Assembly: GCF_021028975.2 (NCBI RefSeq)
Contig: NC_059436.1
Coordinates: 30,628,001 to 30,692,000, forward strand
Direction: 5' to 3'
From: Sphaerodactylus townsendi
Lineage: Eukaryota
DNA length: 64,000 bases
The translations under genes were made by a program, and so were the position numbers. Below, piece after piece: positions 1 through 12,952 of the stretch. The notes under the pieces are model-generated. The model worked only from the letters and a program-made list of their open reading frames with translations, ran no database searches and was not told the DNA's origin. Numbering within the stretch: position 1 is the stretch's first letter; each line of letters begins with the position of its first letter.

Positions 1-779
1 GGTGAGAGCCCAGCAATATTGCTGACTTTTTGAGAAGAGTTACTCTAAAAGCCAGCAAAAGGAGAAATGGAATATCTGGGCCACCAGCACAAAAATGGGC
101 GCAAGCACAAAATATCATCCTTTAAAGTAAAACTGAAAAACTCCTATTGCTCAGCCATTATTCATTGCATTTTTGGCCTGATTAAACTCTGCATAAGGTG
201 ATTCTCTGTGCTAAGCTCCATAGTGATAGGACAAATGTATAATGAATATTTGGACTTCAGAATCGCTGAACATCCCTTCTGGCTTAACTGTTTAGGACAG
301 GTCTGTCATCACTGACATTGCCAGCAGTAAAGTGGCTGGGCTCCGTGCCAATCACCAAAGTTGAGAACCAGGCCACCCACAGTCTGGGTCAGGGCCTCTA
401 CACACTTTAGTGATGCCACCAGCACACTGACAATTTTCACCTCGTAAATTAGCTGAAAATAAATCTAACATGGCCAGATGAAATGTGAATATATTTCAGG
501 AGGCATAGAATAGGAATCAAAGGGGGGGGGGGGAGGGAGGATTAGGGAGCAATCATAAACAGGTCTGTTCTGAATTATGTCCCATTTTCTTCAGTGGGGC
601 TAATTTCTAGGAAAGTTTTTTTTTCTTTAGGACTGCAGTGACAAGCCTGCAGGCTGTCAAAGCTTACAGAATCCCAAAGAGGGCGATACGGAGGGGTTCG
701 CACTCTTTCCAAACGATACCCCGGTTTGACACCGGCTATTTGCCACAATAGATAAATGAAGATTCCATGTCCAGGAGCA

Positions 780-1570
780 GCAGACTTCTAAAAGTTCGTG
801 AGAAGGGGGGCAAGCGACGGCCGGCGGTGGCATCGCCTCCCTAAAGGGCTTGTGACAGCCCACCGGGAGGCACCCACCCAGCCGCTTGCTCTCACCCCAG
901 CACCTCCGGGGTCCGACGAACCCAGGAAACCCTTAAGTGCAGGTCCCTTGGGAATGCACCGCGGGCGCTCCTGTCCTGCCTGCCGCCTGGCGCTCAGCAC
1001 CCCCCACCCCCGACAGCTGAGCGCCAAGCTTGGCTCGGCAATAACCGGGACTGGCGTCGTCCAAGGGTGCGAAGTCGGGCCTTACCCACCAGGCAAGCAC
1101 CGCCGCCAGCCCTTTCCTCCTTCCGAGCGCCCGACAGTTGTTGCAATGCTGGGTGCCTGCCGGCGCGCCCCTTTTCTGCAATACGGGGTGCCTGCGGGGG
1201 CGCCCCTTCTGCACGGGCTCGTCCTCGCGGTCCCGGGCCCCCAGGAGAGGCCCGGCCCAGTACTTACCGGGCCGCTCGCCTCGCGGTGCTGCCGCCCAGC
1301 CCGGCGTTTCCTGCAGGGGAGCGAGCGGAGCCTTCCCTTCCCCGCGAGCTCCAGAGGCCACCTGTGCCCCGCGCCCCGCAGGAGGGGGAGTGCCATGCCA
1401 TAGTCCAGTCCCTGCTGCGGATCACTTGGGCCCGCACCGCGATTACGGGAATTGCAGGCAACCGCTGGCGGCTCAGGCCTTCCCGGCCCGCGGCGGAGCT
1501 CTCGGCGCCTGAATCGCAGCTTTTGCACTGCCAATGAATTCACGGCCCGGTCTGTTCGCTGCGGCACGGG
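780..1570 (-). promoter_or_regulatory. CpG island; probable promoter and non-coding first exon of a minus-strand gene extending off the left edge (OGDH by synteny, unconfirmed)
   Basis: Very GC- and CpG-rich. Minus-strand donor-like sites CCG|gtaagt (~1267) and TGG|gtaag (~1085); CCAAT at ~1531. No recognisable coding exon in 1-780. Human OGDH is head-to-head with TMED4, which fits this orientation. Confidence 0.6.
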
Positions 1571-1851
1571 CGGGACACATCAGTGCCTTTCTGGAAGGCT
1601 GCAGTAAATGCTTTTGGCTCATTTGTGTGGCACTGGAGGCAGATGTCCTTCCACAAGCCAGCGCATCTCTTGCAGGGACAGCTCGTCTTCACATTATGCT
1701 ATGCACAATCTAGCGTGCCTTCCTCCCCGTGCTACAGCATCAAGAGAGCATGCAGTGTGGAATGCAACTGCCCCGGGCTGTGGGCCAGTCCACATCAGGA
1801 ACCAGCAACGCAGTGTATGCACATAGCCTCAATTACTATCACTTTGTAAAC

Positions 1852-2062
1852 TAGAGTTGCCAACTCTAGGTTGGGAAATTCCAGATTTGTGGGTGGAGCC
1901 TGAGGAGGGCAGGATTTGGAGAGGGAAGAACCTCAGCGGGGTATAAAGCTGTTGAGTCCATTCTCCAAAGCAGCCCTTTTCTCCAGGAGAACTGTTCTAT
2001 GTGGTCTGAGATGTTGTCATTCCAGGAGATCTTTGGTCCCCACCTGGAGGTTGGCAGCCATA
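1852..2062. mobile_element. non-autonomous hAT-type MITE (TAGGGTTGCCA-type ends)
   Basis: Ends tagagttgccaac...gttggcagccata. Related copies at ~6590-6790, ~10450-10720, 23249-23590 and 46373-46546. Confidence 0.6.
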
Positions 2063-4419
2063 CATTCAGCAAGCAAACAGAAGGATTTGCATGCCAACTG
2101 GCTGAGACTGTCAGCTAGCCAGTCTTCTACAGCTTCGCCTTCAGCCCTGATAAGTTAGTGCCCCAAGATCCTCTTTTTTGCCAGTGGTGATTAAAAACTT
2201 AGATTCGAAAAAGCCACTCCTAGGAAATCTGGTGCCATCCGCAGCAAGAGCCAAAGCCATGCCACACCTGTACCAGTGCCAGCAAAGCTAGAAATTCAGG
2301 AGACCTCCTCCCACTCCAGACTGTGAGTCTCTTCTGCAGCAACTTAAACCAATCCATCACTCTAAAAATCAACCTTTCAATTCTCAAAAGCCCTCCACAT
2401 ACAACATTTTTCCCATTCCCTCCAACCACATCTTCAGTTACAAGGCAATCAGGCCAACATCAAGGACCAACCTGGAAAACAGGATGCCTTAATTTACACA
2501 ACCACTACCACCACCCCAAAAAAATTTGAGGACAAAATTCTTCCACCTGCTCACGCGATGAGGAGGACTGGACTTCAAACGTGTGGTATCCAGCAACACC
2601 AGCCTTGGCCTCATGGATACCTCCCTCCGCAGGATGCCTAAATAAATATTGTGACGGATTCCAAGTGTGGGTAGGAGGCCTGCATTTCAGGAGGCTCCAT
2701 GGCACATAATTCATGGCCAATTCACATCATTGTCCCTATGATCATTAGACAGCAGTCCTTAAATGTTCTCAGCGCTCACGTGGAATCTAATCCTATTTTC
2801 TGCTCTGCAGACCCATGCAGTAGCATTTTCTATAGCTTTTGACTGTCACCATCAAACAAGCCATTCTTGATGCTACACAGCCAGAAAGGTCAACTGGCGC
2901 AGAGTGGAACACTGTTGTCATTTTGACTCTTAAGAACGGATCTGGTCACAACAAATCTGCCATTAAGCTCAGCCTGACTTCTAACAACCATCCTAGACCG
3001 ACAAAAATTTCCCATTGTACGGTTCTCAGTTTCTTCTTCTCAGCTTCTTCCCCAAGACTGGGAAGTTTCCCCACATACTTACCCAACCAGTGGCCGGGTC
3101 TTACCCATTTTGTGAGTCTATGAGATGGGGTAAGCAAGCTACTTCCTGTTTGTCTACAAGGTTAAGCCCTCGTCCTGCTGTGCCAAGAGGAAATGGAGCT
3201 GCAGGTGCAGAATACTCCTGGGGCTGAGAAGTCTTTAGGTTACAGCTCGCAGAGGCACCGCTAAATGCAAAACTCTTGACCTCAATAATAAGTATTTTCG
3301 TACATGGCTAGCAACGCTGGAGGGGAAAGGAAGAGATCAGCTCCCTGAGTACCTAGAGGGGGAAGGCAAACCGTTGATTCATAGCTCCCACAATGCCTCA
3401 CCTTACAACGTGCCTTCCTTGGAAAAAAATGCTTTTTGGGTTTGCCATGAATCATCCTGCTTTGGAAAAAAAATGAGCTGTCCCAAGGAAAGAAATGTAG
3501 ATGGATGACGTCATGTTGGGGTCAAACTTTCCCTTTGCCCGAGTGTCTGCAACACACACCCCAGATTGGAGAAAGGGTCTGAAATGGGTCAGAGTTAATT
3601 AAATGGTCTCATGAGCAGTTTGTCCAGATCAGGAGCTCATCAGAGGTGAGGCAGTAAAAACAAAGAGGAAGGGGGAGCTGGAGGTGCACAGCTGCTAGAA
3701 AGGCCTCCGCTAAAACTATTGCAAACAAGTGGGGCAAACTGGCAAGAAACAAATGTTCTGTGTCAGAGTGTGACGTACGAGAAAGGCAGTGAAATTCAGA
3801 AGGCCTTGTACACTGTGGCGCAAGATTAGCAACAGTGATGTAGCAAGAGGGGGGACGGGGACTTCACCAACATGTGACCAAGAAATTAAGGGAATTAATT
3901 GCACAGCATCCAGGCAAGGTTTGGTTTGTGCTAGGCTAAAGAAAAACACAAATGGGGTGGGGGGAGGACACAGCTGCAAGCAGAAGCAGCCACTGTATCA
4001 TATTTTGCTCTCACAATGGTTGTGGCCTTGTACAGAGATGCCATCTAAGTTTTGTATATGTTCCAGGGCACAGAGATGTTCACAAGGCTGCTGTGGCCTT
4101 AGTGTGAAACCTTCACATCAGGTGGCACCATCAGATAGTGTCAGTACTGGCATATTTGCAGTTATATAGAACTTTTTTATTTTAGACAGACCTACTTGGT
4201 TACAGTAACACTCCTTGTCCGAAGTGGAAAAAGACTGTGCTTAAAACACTGTGGTGTGACTTGGGACAGAGTAGACAGGGCTTAATTCTTCATTTCATTA
4301 CTGGGATCTCACCTTCTCAAGGGGTTTGAGTCAAGTTGCCAATAGTCACATTGGTCAGGATCCAAAAACCCCTTCCAGTGATTCAATATATGTACTGGGG
4401 AATCAGCTCTAACCTGGAT

Positions 4420-4570
4420 TGTCAAGCTAGCCTGATCTTGAAAGATCTCAGAAACAAAGCAGAGTGAGTCTCGGCTAGTATTTGGATGGGACACCAACAG
4501 AGAAATACTACTGTTGCTGATCTCTAGCCTTGAAAATTCTTCTGGGTTGCCATAAGTCATCTGTGACTCA
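4420..4570 (+). mobile_element. 5S rRNA-derived SINE with Sauria/BovB-like tail, degraded
   Basis: 5S-like gatctcagaa...ctagtatttggatggga followed by ccttgaaaa...gccataagtc. Confidence 0.5.
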
Positions 4571-7500
4571 CATACACACAACTCGAATCACAAATCTGTA
4601 CCGAGCAGGAAAAAGGAATGGGTTTTCCCGCTGAGTTTTCTCAGAGGACTTGCTTGATTATGACTTATGGTATCACATTAACTGATACAGGCCTTAGGCC
4701 CCTTCCACCCAGCAAATGTACAACGGGTTGCAGTTGGAATAAATGAACCCGTTGTAGCCTGGGGCTATTCCCATGGCTGGCTGTCCCACAGTCAGTGAAC
4801 AAAGTGGCTGGCCTGTGTGCCTTCATACGGAGGTGCGTCTCTTTTTTTTGTTTACCTCCCACTGATATGTAGCTACGCAGGCATGCACACATGAACCCCC
4901 ACAGCCATGCTGACGTCCCATGATACTCCGAAACAACCATTTGCACCTGTGTGGCTACTCAGAAGGAAGCCGGGAATTTTTTTACAAAAACGGAAAGAGC
5001 AGCCAAATAAAGCGCCTCCTGACTGGCCAATTTTTAAAAAGAATTGCGGATAGTGCGATTCTCAAATAAGGCGGTTTGGGGCAAATAACACAGGGCAGAC
5101 TCACTGAAGGGGCGGGATCCGTGCAAAGTTCCCTCCCTCCAAAACAGTTTTTTAAATTGTCCTTTACCCGTGTTTATTGGCCCATGAGGAAGGGGCTGAG
5201 CTGTCAGCAGGAGTGCTGAACCACATATAGATACTATTCTAGAGTAGTGACTATAGCACAATAGTGACAGGCAGATTCCTATTCAATCTCTATTGCATGA
5301 CTGTCAAGAAATACACTTTCACCCCAAACTCTGTCACTTGGGTGCACATTCAAGGCCCTGAATCAGAAAACCAGAAAAGAGAGAGGCAGGGTTCGGTTCT
5401 TTAGACCTGAACCACACCTGTGTTCTCATCTGCCTCTCTTTCATCTACTGAGTTTTACTCACCTCTAGTTTAGTTGGCCAAACTCCTCCTGCCTAGATTT
5501 GTAAGGTCCAGATCAGTCAGGTTCCCTTTTAAAAATACACGTTTGGTCTGGAACAGAAAGAGGAGCAAGAATCCAATCAGTCCGTTTTCCATTCAGCTAC
5601 AAGATCTTCCAAACCTGCCAACGGACCAAACCTCCAGGCAAAAACAAAGCATTCTGGGACTTCAGCCATAGTAGTCCTTGACGATTAGATACTGTGATTG
5701 CTTATTAATGGCCCTGATTGCCTTTTTCTGTGGCACCCAGAGGGAGAAAATCTCCGCAGAAAAAGTACCACAAGCTTGAAGGAAGATATCAGCTATTTCT
5801 CTTGCTGCCTGAAATAGGCAAGAGGCTGAGCACATGAAGAAATGTCTCAGTGTCCACACAACGATGCCGTTGCAGTCTTAACAGGAAACCACAGCTGTGA
5901 GCGAGCAGCAGAAACCACATGATCCAAGGCAACGGTCTGTCCCGGCCCTCTTCCTGCCTGTGAGGAGCCAGCCGTGGGGAGAGACACTGAGCTGCCAGTG
6001 TGAATCTGCCAGCTGGTGAGTTCCTGCGGGTGGCACGGGCAGAGCAGGAGGGGGACTGTGCCAGCGCTAACTCTTCCTCATTGCCTCAGAGGCTTAACAT
6101 GGCTGGGATGTTTGCAGCTTAGCAGCTGTGACGCTGAACAAAGGGTCTCTCACTGCCATGAAGCCAGCAGCAGTGAGGGTGGGGGGATTGGGTCTTGAGC
6201 CCCTCCCTTTTAAGGAGCCCTATGTCCGGTTGACACAAGCAGGCGCTTTTCTTTCGTTAGGTGCAGGGTCAGGAATAGACACGGTTCTCTGTGCAGTAAA
6301 AGAACGAGAGACGAAATAAGGAATAGGGATATCTGTAGGGAAACAGCAGAGTTTGGAACAAGGTAACCAGTCACTAATCCACTTACTGTTAGAAGGGAAT
6401 TATGAAGTACAGAAGTCTTATACCAAAAAGAGAGAGAGAAGGAACTACAGTATGAAATTAATTCATCTGTGTGGGAATTTTGCAGTCGACAATAGTACAA
6501 TGAAGTAATTAGACTCTAGATTTAATACTCTTTTGGGGGCCCTCGTTTAGATGGTAATGTTCAGGCTCAAAGCACCCTGCTGAGGCCAGGAACATAGGGC
6601 AGCCAACTCCAGCCTGGAAAATTCCTGGAGATTCCTGAAAAATTCCTGGAGTGACTAAAGAAGACATAATTTGGGGGTGGGGGGAGCTCAGTGGGAATGT
6701 AATGACTCCAAGCAGAGGTGATTCCACTGGACATATATAGGCGATTGTGTAGGGTGTCAGTCTTTCCAAGATTTGGAGGACTGCCAAGTCAGCCCTTTTG
6801 GAGCATCACAGCAAGTAGCAACACTGCGCCATGGCACTGCTGTAACTGGGCGTCAGGCAACCTAGAAAAGACTTCTGCCCGGGATGCTATCTGCCATGCC
6901 ACAGCAAGCAGCAATCCTAGGCACCCCTGCCACTGGGTACCAAACAGGCAGGGCCTTCCTCTGGGTCTGGAATCTGGAGCAGTGGCTGCTGTGTGAGGCA
7001 AGTGTACCACAAAGACAAATGTCACTTGGCCAGGACCTGCTCTGTGGGCTGCTGAGCAGCAGCAGCAGCAGCATGGTAGTAAACAACAGCTCCAGGTACT
7101 GTGCTGCAATAAGTTGCAGCCCTGGGTGGTGCCACACCTGTACCTGGGTAGTGGGTGGCCAGGGCCTGCTCACCTGGCCTGCCCCAGATGAAGGGAAAAA
7201 TGGAAGGCCCCCACCAGCTCCACAAACACTTGGTCCTCTTCATGGGGATTCTATTGCCCACCATCTTGTTGTGTTCAGCTCACGGGGGGTACCGGGCTCA
7301 CTGCTTACCTAGGGCACCAAAACCCTTTGGTTCGACCCTGCCTCCAAAGTGGCCATTTCCTCAGGACAAAGGTACTTCAGAAATGGGGGGCACAGTTGTC
7401 TCAGACTTCTAGTCCAGTGACATCACCCATTCTCTCACACACTTACCAATGTAAGGTAACATTACAGACAGAAATGCTGAAAAGCTGTTTCTTTTTTTGG

Positions 7501-8087
7501 ATTTAAGAAAGGGTTAATTGCTTACAAATGTACATGAGTGACAAAAAACAGGAATATTATAAACTTGTAAGGAGTACATTGTTTGTTTGCTATCTTTTTC
7601 TGGAACACTCACACTTTCCTTCAATCTTTGCTGCCTAATGTTCTTCCACAATGAGCAATGGAACTTCCAGGTCTAGAAGCAAAAACATTCTGAATATCAA
7701 TACTTGAGGTCAACGACCATGTGTGTGTGTGCGTGCGCGTGTGTGCGTACGTGCGTGTGTGTGCGTGCGTGCTTTGGCTTGCTTGTAAGACTTCCAGGTA
7801 TGATTATCAGCAAGCTACTTCCAGGGTATCTGGTTGACCACTGTGTGAAAAAGGATGCCAGACTAGATGGACCATTAGTCTCATCCCACTCAACTGTTCC
7901 TATTTGCCGTTTAGAAACACAGAGTTGTAAGGGACCTTGAGGGTCATTTAGTCCAACCCCTGTGCAGTGCAAGAAATTCACAGCTACCTTCCCCCACCAA
8001 CTCCCCCAGTCACCCCTGCTCTAAGGCGAAAAACTTACTGGATTCCTGGGCTATTCTGGAAAATTGTCAATCAACATTACCCTAGGC

Positions 8088-8206
8088 CAGGGGTGGCCAA
8101 CCTATGGCACTCCAGATGTTCATGGACTGCAATTCCCATCAGCCCCTGCCAGCATGGCCAATTGTAGTCCATGAACATCTGGAGTGCCATAGGTTGGCCA
8201 CCCCTG
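8088..8206. mobile_element. palindromic hAT (Charlie-like) MITE
   Basis: Long TIRs caggggtggccaacctatggcactccagatgttcatggact; perfect 8-bp TSD CCCTAGGC at 8080-8087 and 8207-8214. Confidence 0.9.
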
Positions 8207-8624
8207 CCCTAGGCATATATGAAAGAGTGACAAAAGCTGAGCACTGAGTCATCCTTTCCTGCCCTCCTGTTCACAATCTGCCTAAATTCACAGTGAGTCA
8301 TATATTCAGCATTAATGTCAGATGGCCATCTAGTCTCTGCTTGAAAATCTCCAAAGAAGGAGGTTTCGTTGCTTTAGGAAACCTGACTTAATTGTTTAAT
8401 TAACTAATTTTCTGGTCTTTCATTCCTGTTTACAAAGATGTGTACTTTGAAACTTCCTAACTTTTAAAATGCACAACAGATTTTGCAAAGCAAATTCGTA
8501 AAGCTAAAATCCTTGGAATAGTCTGGATTTGGCAGAATTATAGATTTACAGCATATTTTGGGAGGGCAGAAGCAGACAGCAAACTTTAGGACCCTGCCCT
8601 TCGAATCAAACCTTATCAGTGGAG

Positions 8625-8626
<2 letters not shown>

Positions 8627-8671
<45 letters not shown>
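8627..8671. repeat. (CA)n microsatellite
   Basis: Seen directly. Confidence 0.95.
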
Positions 8672-8673
<2 letters not shown>

Positions 8674-11213
8674 ATTGCTCATTGGAATTGCTGTAATTTT
8701 GACAGATCATAGGTGTTTCCAGATTTAGGTCCATGGAGATTGTGTGTGTTTTTTGTGATTTATTTAATGTTCAGCCATTAAAATGATAGACCTCGCCAAA
8801 AAAAATTCCTTATCTCCCTACCTGCCCTCACAGCTGAACTATTCCACTGAAAACAGTCGTTTCCAAAGAAGGCAACTAGGCAAGTGATTCTGTTTCCAAA
8901 GAAGGCAAGTGATTCTGTTTGCTGAAGTGATTATGAAGGATTCCCCACGGGCAAATTATCCCGTGATACTTAACAACAAAAATCCCGGTTTGGGCAAGGA
9001 CTCCCCACGGCTTCACTACTCAACTCACCTTCATCCTGGTTCTGGCATACACTCTCCCCTTGTCACACGTTTTTCTAAAACTGGCAGGGAAGAACAGCTT
9101 TTCGATAAACACGCACCAAAGCCGGTTCAGTTGGGAGAAAAAAGGGACAGTCAGCTTATTTTTCCCACCCTAAGGGTGACGTTGAACCTTCCAACCAATC
9201 AGAGTGCAGTGGGCTGTGCGCAGAGCGTGCGCAGCCTTTTTTTGTGCGCTAGTTGTGGCTGCAAGGACACGCTTCTGCGAAAAGAGGAACAGCAATCAGA
9301 AGAAAGCTGCTCAAACGCAGAGGCGGGGAAATTCTACCTATGCATCTACATAGCTTCGTAGTTGCACGTGAAAGAAAACTTTTTTTAAAAAGGTCCCGCC
9401 CCGCCCCAACACAACAGCCAATCAGGGCAAGGAAGAACAGATCCGCTGAGCAGATCACATGTTCGTGGGAAGCGTTACATTGCTTGAAACTGCGATAGAC
9501 ATTGAGGTCCTCATTAGACACACACCGCAGTGGGGAGGGAGAAACTGCGATAAAAAGGTGTTGCTTCTTTTGGAACCAGGGTATATCCAGCTTAATTTCT
9601 CAGAGGGGAATCCACCTATGTCACGCTAATCTCCCCCCCTCCCCATTTCTTTTGCTGAGTTTCCCACTTTTCCCCAACTAATAAGTGTCCTACCATGAAA
9701 GGCAACCTTAGAGATTGTCTGCAGCAACAGACTATTCTCCAACAGCTTTACCAACAAGCCTGACATTGCAGGGGGGAGGAGTCAAGAAAGTATTGCTTTC
9801 CTAATTGGTGTTGTTTTGAAAAGTAGGGAGTTATTATAGTTAATATCCTGTTTTCTGGTTCATGCAGCTTTATGGATGCTGCTGCTTCACTTCCAGACCA
9901 ATCACTGCCCTTATTTCTTAGATGGCCGAGCAACATTCCAGAGACACAGGCAAGTGGCATCTTCCCTGGGCTAAGGAAGCATGAGTAGAAGAGTTTCCCT
10001 GGGATATTCCATTCTATTTCTCATTTAAAGATCCGGAATGATCCTTCTTCAAGGAAGTGGTGATGCTATCACAGAGCATCCCAGCCCTGGCCTTAAGGAT
10101 GGTCCCAGGGAAGAAAGTAGGAATATTATTTCTGTTCGCTATAATCAATTAACAATTAACTATAATCAATTAACATTTCCATTCATTTGAAAATCCAACT
10201 CAGAGTACAAGGAGAAAGGAAGATGCTAAGATGCCTTCCCCCATATACAGCACCTCTTTTGAATGGTATTTCAAAGGGCCAGCCTGGGAGATCCAGATTC
10301 AAATCCCAGCTCTGCTTTGGAAACTCACTGGGTGAATCCTCTCTAGGGCCCTTTCTGAACAGAAGGAGCCAAAAAGTCTAACTGATCTCACAAGGTGGTG
10401 GTTGTTGTGGGGATGAAATTGAAGGGGAGAGTGAGGCTGTAAGCCCCATTGGGGAATACAGTTACCTGCCTTTGTATGGCTACTAGCAGGAACCTGGGCG
10501 GGGGGGGGGGGAATGTTGAGACTGACCTGAACAATGGGGTTATTAGCTCCAGGATATTTTGAGGGTGGAACCCAAGGAGGGTGTGGCTTGGGAAGGGGAG
10601 GGACTCAAGTTATAATGCCATAGACCAAAGCAGACATTTTATCCAGGTGCATTGATCTCTATCACCTGGAAATCAGTTGTAATAGCAAGAAATCTCCAGC
10701 TGCCCCTGGAGGTTCACAATGCTAATGAACAGCATTGCGAGATGTGTCATTTCTGGCTGGAAACCTACAAGTGATCTTACCACAACATGCAACATTCTAG
10801 GAATGTCCTAGATCTCTATGGTTTACCAGTTCCTAGAGCACTTCACGGCATGATGATATCTCTTTCTGGTTTGTTTTTTTAACTGGAAAATTGTGCTACA
10901 TCTAAGATTGCCAGGCAACCAATGAGAGGACTGGGAGCACAGACAGGAAAGGGGGTTGAAATGTTGTGTATACCATTATATCACTTCCAGAGGGAACCTG
11001 GCAGAAGGTAGCTCCAGGAATTATTGGAAACTCTACCCCCTATCACAGGAGTTTTCCCAGAAGTGATCTAATAGTTCATGCAATGCCTCCCCCACCCACT
11101 GCTGCTTAGAGTGGCAGTGGGCAACAGAAACTGGGGTGCAGGGAATTCCCCACCTGGATGTGGGGACTAGCAAACCTATACTTGGCAATTCCTCCTTTTT
11201 CATTCCCACTGCT

Positions 11214-11349
11214 CAGTGGTGGGATTCAGCAGGTTCGCACCACTTTGGCAGAATCGGTTGTTAAAACAGTGCTTGTAAACAACCAGTTCTTAAATTATTT
11301 GAATCCCACCACCGGAACTGGTTGTTAAATTATTTGAATCCCACCACTG
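11214..11349. mobile_element. hAT MITE
   Basis: TIR cagtggtgggattca / tgaatcccaccactg; 8-bp TSD CCACTGCT at 11206-11213 and 11350-11357. Longer relative at ~43251-43622. Confidence 0.85.
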
Positions 11350-11653
11350 CCACTGCTAATTCAGGCAGGAGGCAAAGGGTGACAGGTTGCCCGCCAAAAC
11401 AGGCCTATTGGGGAGAAAAGTGGGGTATAAAATCTAAACAAATAAAGGTCTTTCCCTTCTCTGACTCAGGGATGGGGGTACCAACCTGCAGGTGGGGCCT
11501 GGACATCTCAGAATTTTACCTACAGAGATCTTTTCTCTTTTAAATGGAAATATACTAATAATTTATATGCCATTAAAGGTTGAAATGAAATGAAATGAAC
11601 TACAGAGAGCAGTTTTTCAGGAGGAAATGGCTGCTTTGGAGTGTGGTGTCTAA

Positions 11654-11795
11654 GGCTCATTCCGCACATGCAGAATAATGCACTTTCAAACTGCTTTCAG
11701 TGCTCTTTGAAGCTGTGCGGAATGGCAAAATCCACTTGCAAACAGTTGTGAAAGTGGTTTGAAAACGCATTATTTTGCGTGTGCGGAAGGGGCCT
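11654..11795. mobile_element. palindromic PIF/Harbinger-like MITE
   Basis: ggctcattccgcacatgcagaataatgc...gcattattttgcgtgtgcggaaggggcc; second copy at ~18442-18592. Confidence 0.7.
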
Positions 11796-12426
11796 ATGAC
11801 ATCATTCCCTGACGAGGTCCCTCCCCATGCAAAACCCCACCCTCCCCAGGTTCCAGCACCCCCATCTTCAGGAATTTCCCAGCCTGGAGTTGGAAGCTCC
11901 CCAGTGTTTCCTTCCCCACGAGCAGACCAGGCCTATTGCATCAGGCAGGCTGACATCTCTCTCCCTCCTTACCCATCTCATTGCTGGGGTCAGCTGGAGT
12001 GAAGACTGTGTCCAGGCTGTCTTCATAACACCGCAGAAACTTCATGGGACTGTCATCAGACTGGGTGTAGGCAAGGCCTCCACGGAATCAGACATGCAGC
12101 ACAGGAGAACTGCCGGCAACTCTGAATACTGAACGGGAAGGAAACCCGAAGGCTGGGCCTGGGCAAAGGAGGAGCCCACTAGGTTGCAGGACAGGTTTGT
12201 CAGCAACATAACTTGATGGCCAGGCAAAAAGCAAAGAACTCTGCTGGTTACATTTTCAGCTGCAACTGCCTGGGTTGGGATTCCAGTCCGTTCTCAGGAC
12301 CCTGAAGCTGGAGCTTGGTTGGGAGTGGGACAAACATGCCAGCAAAAACTGGGGAACAGGGGCTCAGCTCCCTAGAAAGGAAGAAGATTTTCTGCACAGG
12401 AGCAAACAGTCCACCTCTGATTGGAA

Positions 12427-12610
12427 CAGGGATTATTAAGAAAGGGGTTGAAAATAAAACAGCCAATATATATAGATCTATGGTGAGCCTTATTTGGAAT
12501 ACTGTGTGCAGTTCTGGTCACCGGATCTCAAAAAGGAAATGGAAACACTGCAGAAGAGAACCCGAGGGTGTTCAATGAAGTTGATGGGCAGTAGATTCAG
12601 AACGGACACA
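12427..12610 (+). mobile_element. CR1 LINE ORF2 fragment
   Basis: Frameshifted translation KKGVENKTANIYRSMV..LEYCVQFWSPDLKK, typical of the CR1 RT C-terminal region. Confidence 0.8.
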
Positions 12611-12744
12611 GCAGTTTTAAAAAAGGGTTCTGGCTCATCCGCTGCTAAATGGAGGCCAGCTCTATGGAGCAGAAGGGTACAGATCCAAGACTTATTTATG
12701 CCCTCCCAAACAATAATATGTGTTCACAGAATGTACCAGTATTT

Positions 12745-12952
12745 CATAAGAACATAAGAAAGAGCCTGCTGGATCAGACCAGAGTCCATCTAGTCCAGCA
12801 CTCTGCTACTCGCAGTGGCCCACGAGGTGCCTTTGAGAGCTCACATGCAGGAGGTGAAAGCAATGGCCTTCTGCTGCTGCTTTTCCCGAGCACCTGGTCT
12901 GCTAAGGCATTTGCAACCTCAGATCAAGAAGGATCAAGATTGGTAGCCAGAG
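12745..12952 (-). mobile_element. CR1 3'-end-derived repeat
   Basis: cataagaacataagaa tail plus ggatcagaccagagtccatctagtccagc; near-identical copy at 30954-31076 in the probable IL1RN 3' UTR. Confidence 0.7.

Noticed and set aside
798-1567. Long overlapping ORFs (124-201 aa) in the CpG island, including LELAGKGRLRS vaguely resembling the CKAP2L N-terminus
   Set aside because: Open in many frames because of high GC content; no downstream CKAP2L exons recognised and the resemblance is too short.
2170-3120. Possible decayed retroelement coding sequence (LLQKRLTVWSGR, HPAEGGIH)
   Set aside because: Motif order does not fit Tx1/L1 or DIRS, and there are stops in all frames; cannot be assigned.
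9746-9826. Candidate next exon for the 7188 ORF that seemed to give a Cys-rich tail (KYCFPNWCCFEK)
   Set aside because: With the six-G run as sequenced, that peptide is out of frame with the phase-1 junction; the in-frame reading ends ...GGGVKKVLLS*.
11970-12090. Minus-strand exon-like MKFLRCYEDSLDTVFTPADPSNEM ending at a gtaag donor, faintly like an IL-1beta N-terminus
   Set aside because: No downstream trefoil exons or IL-1 signature found in 1.6-12 kb; similarity is not convincing.
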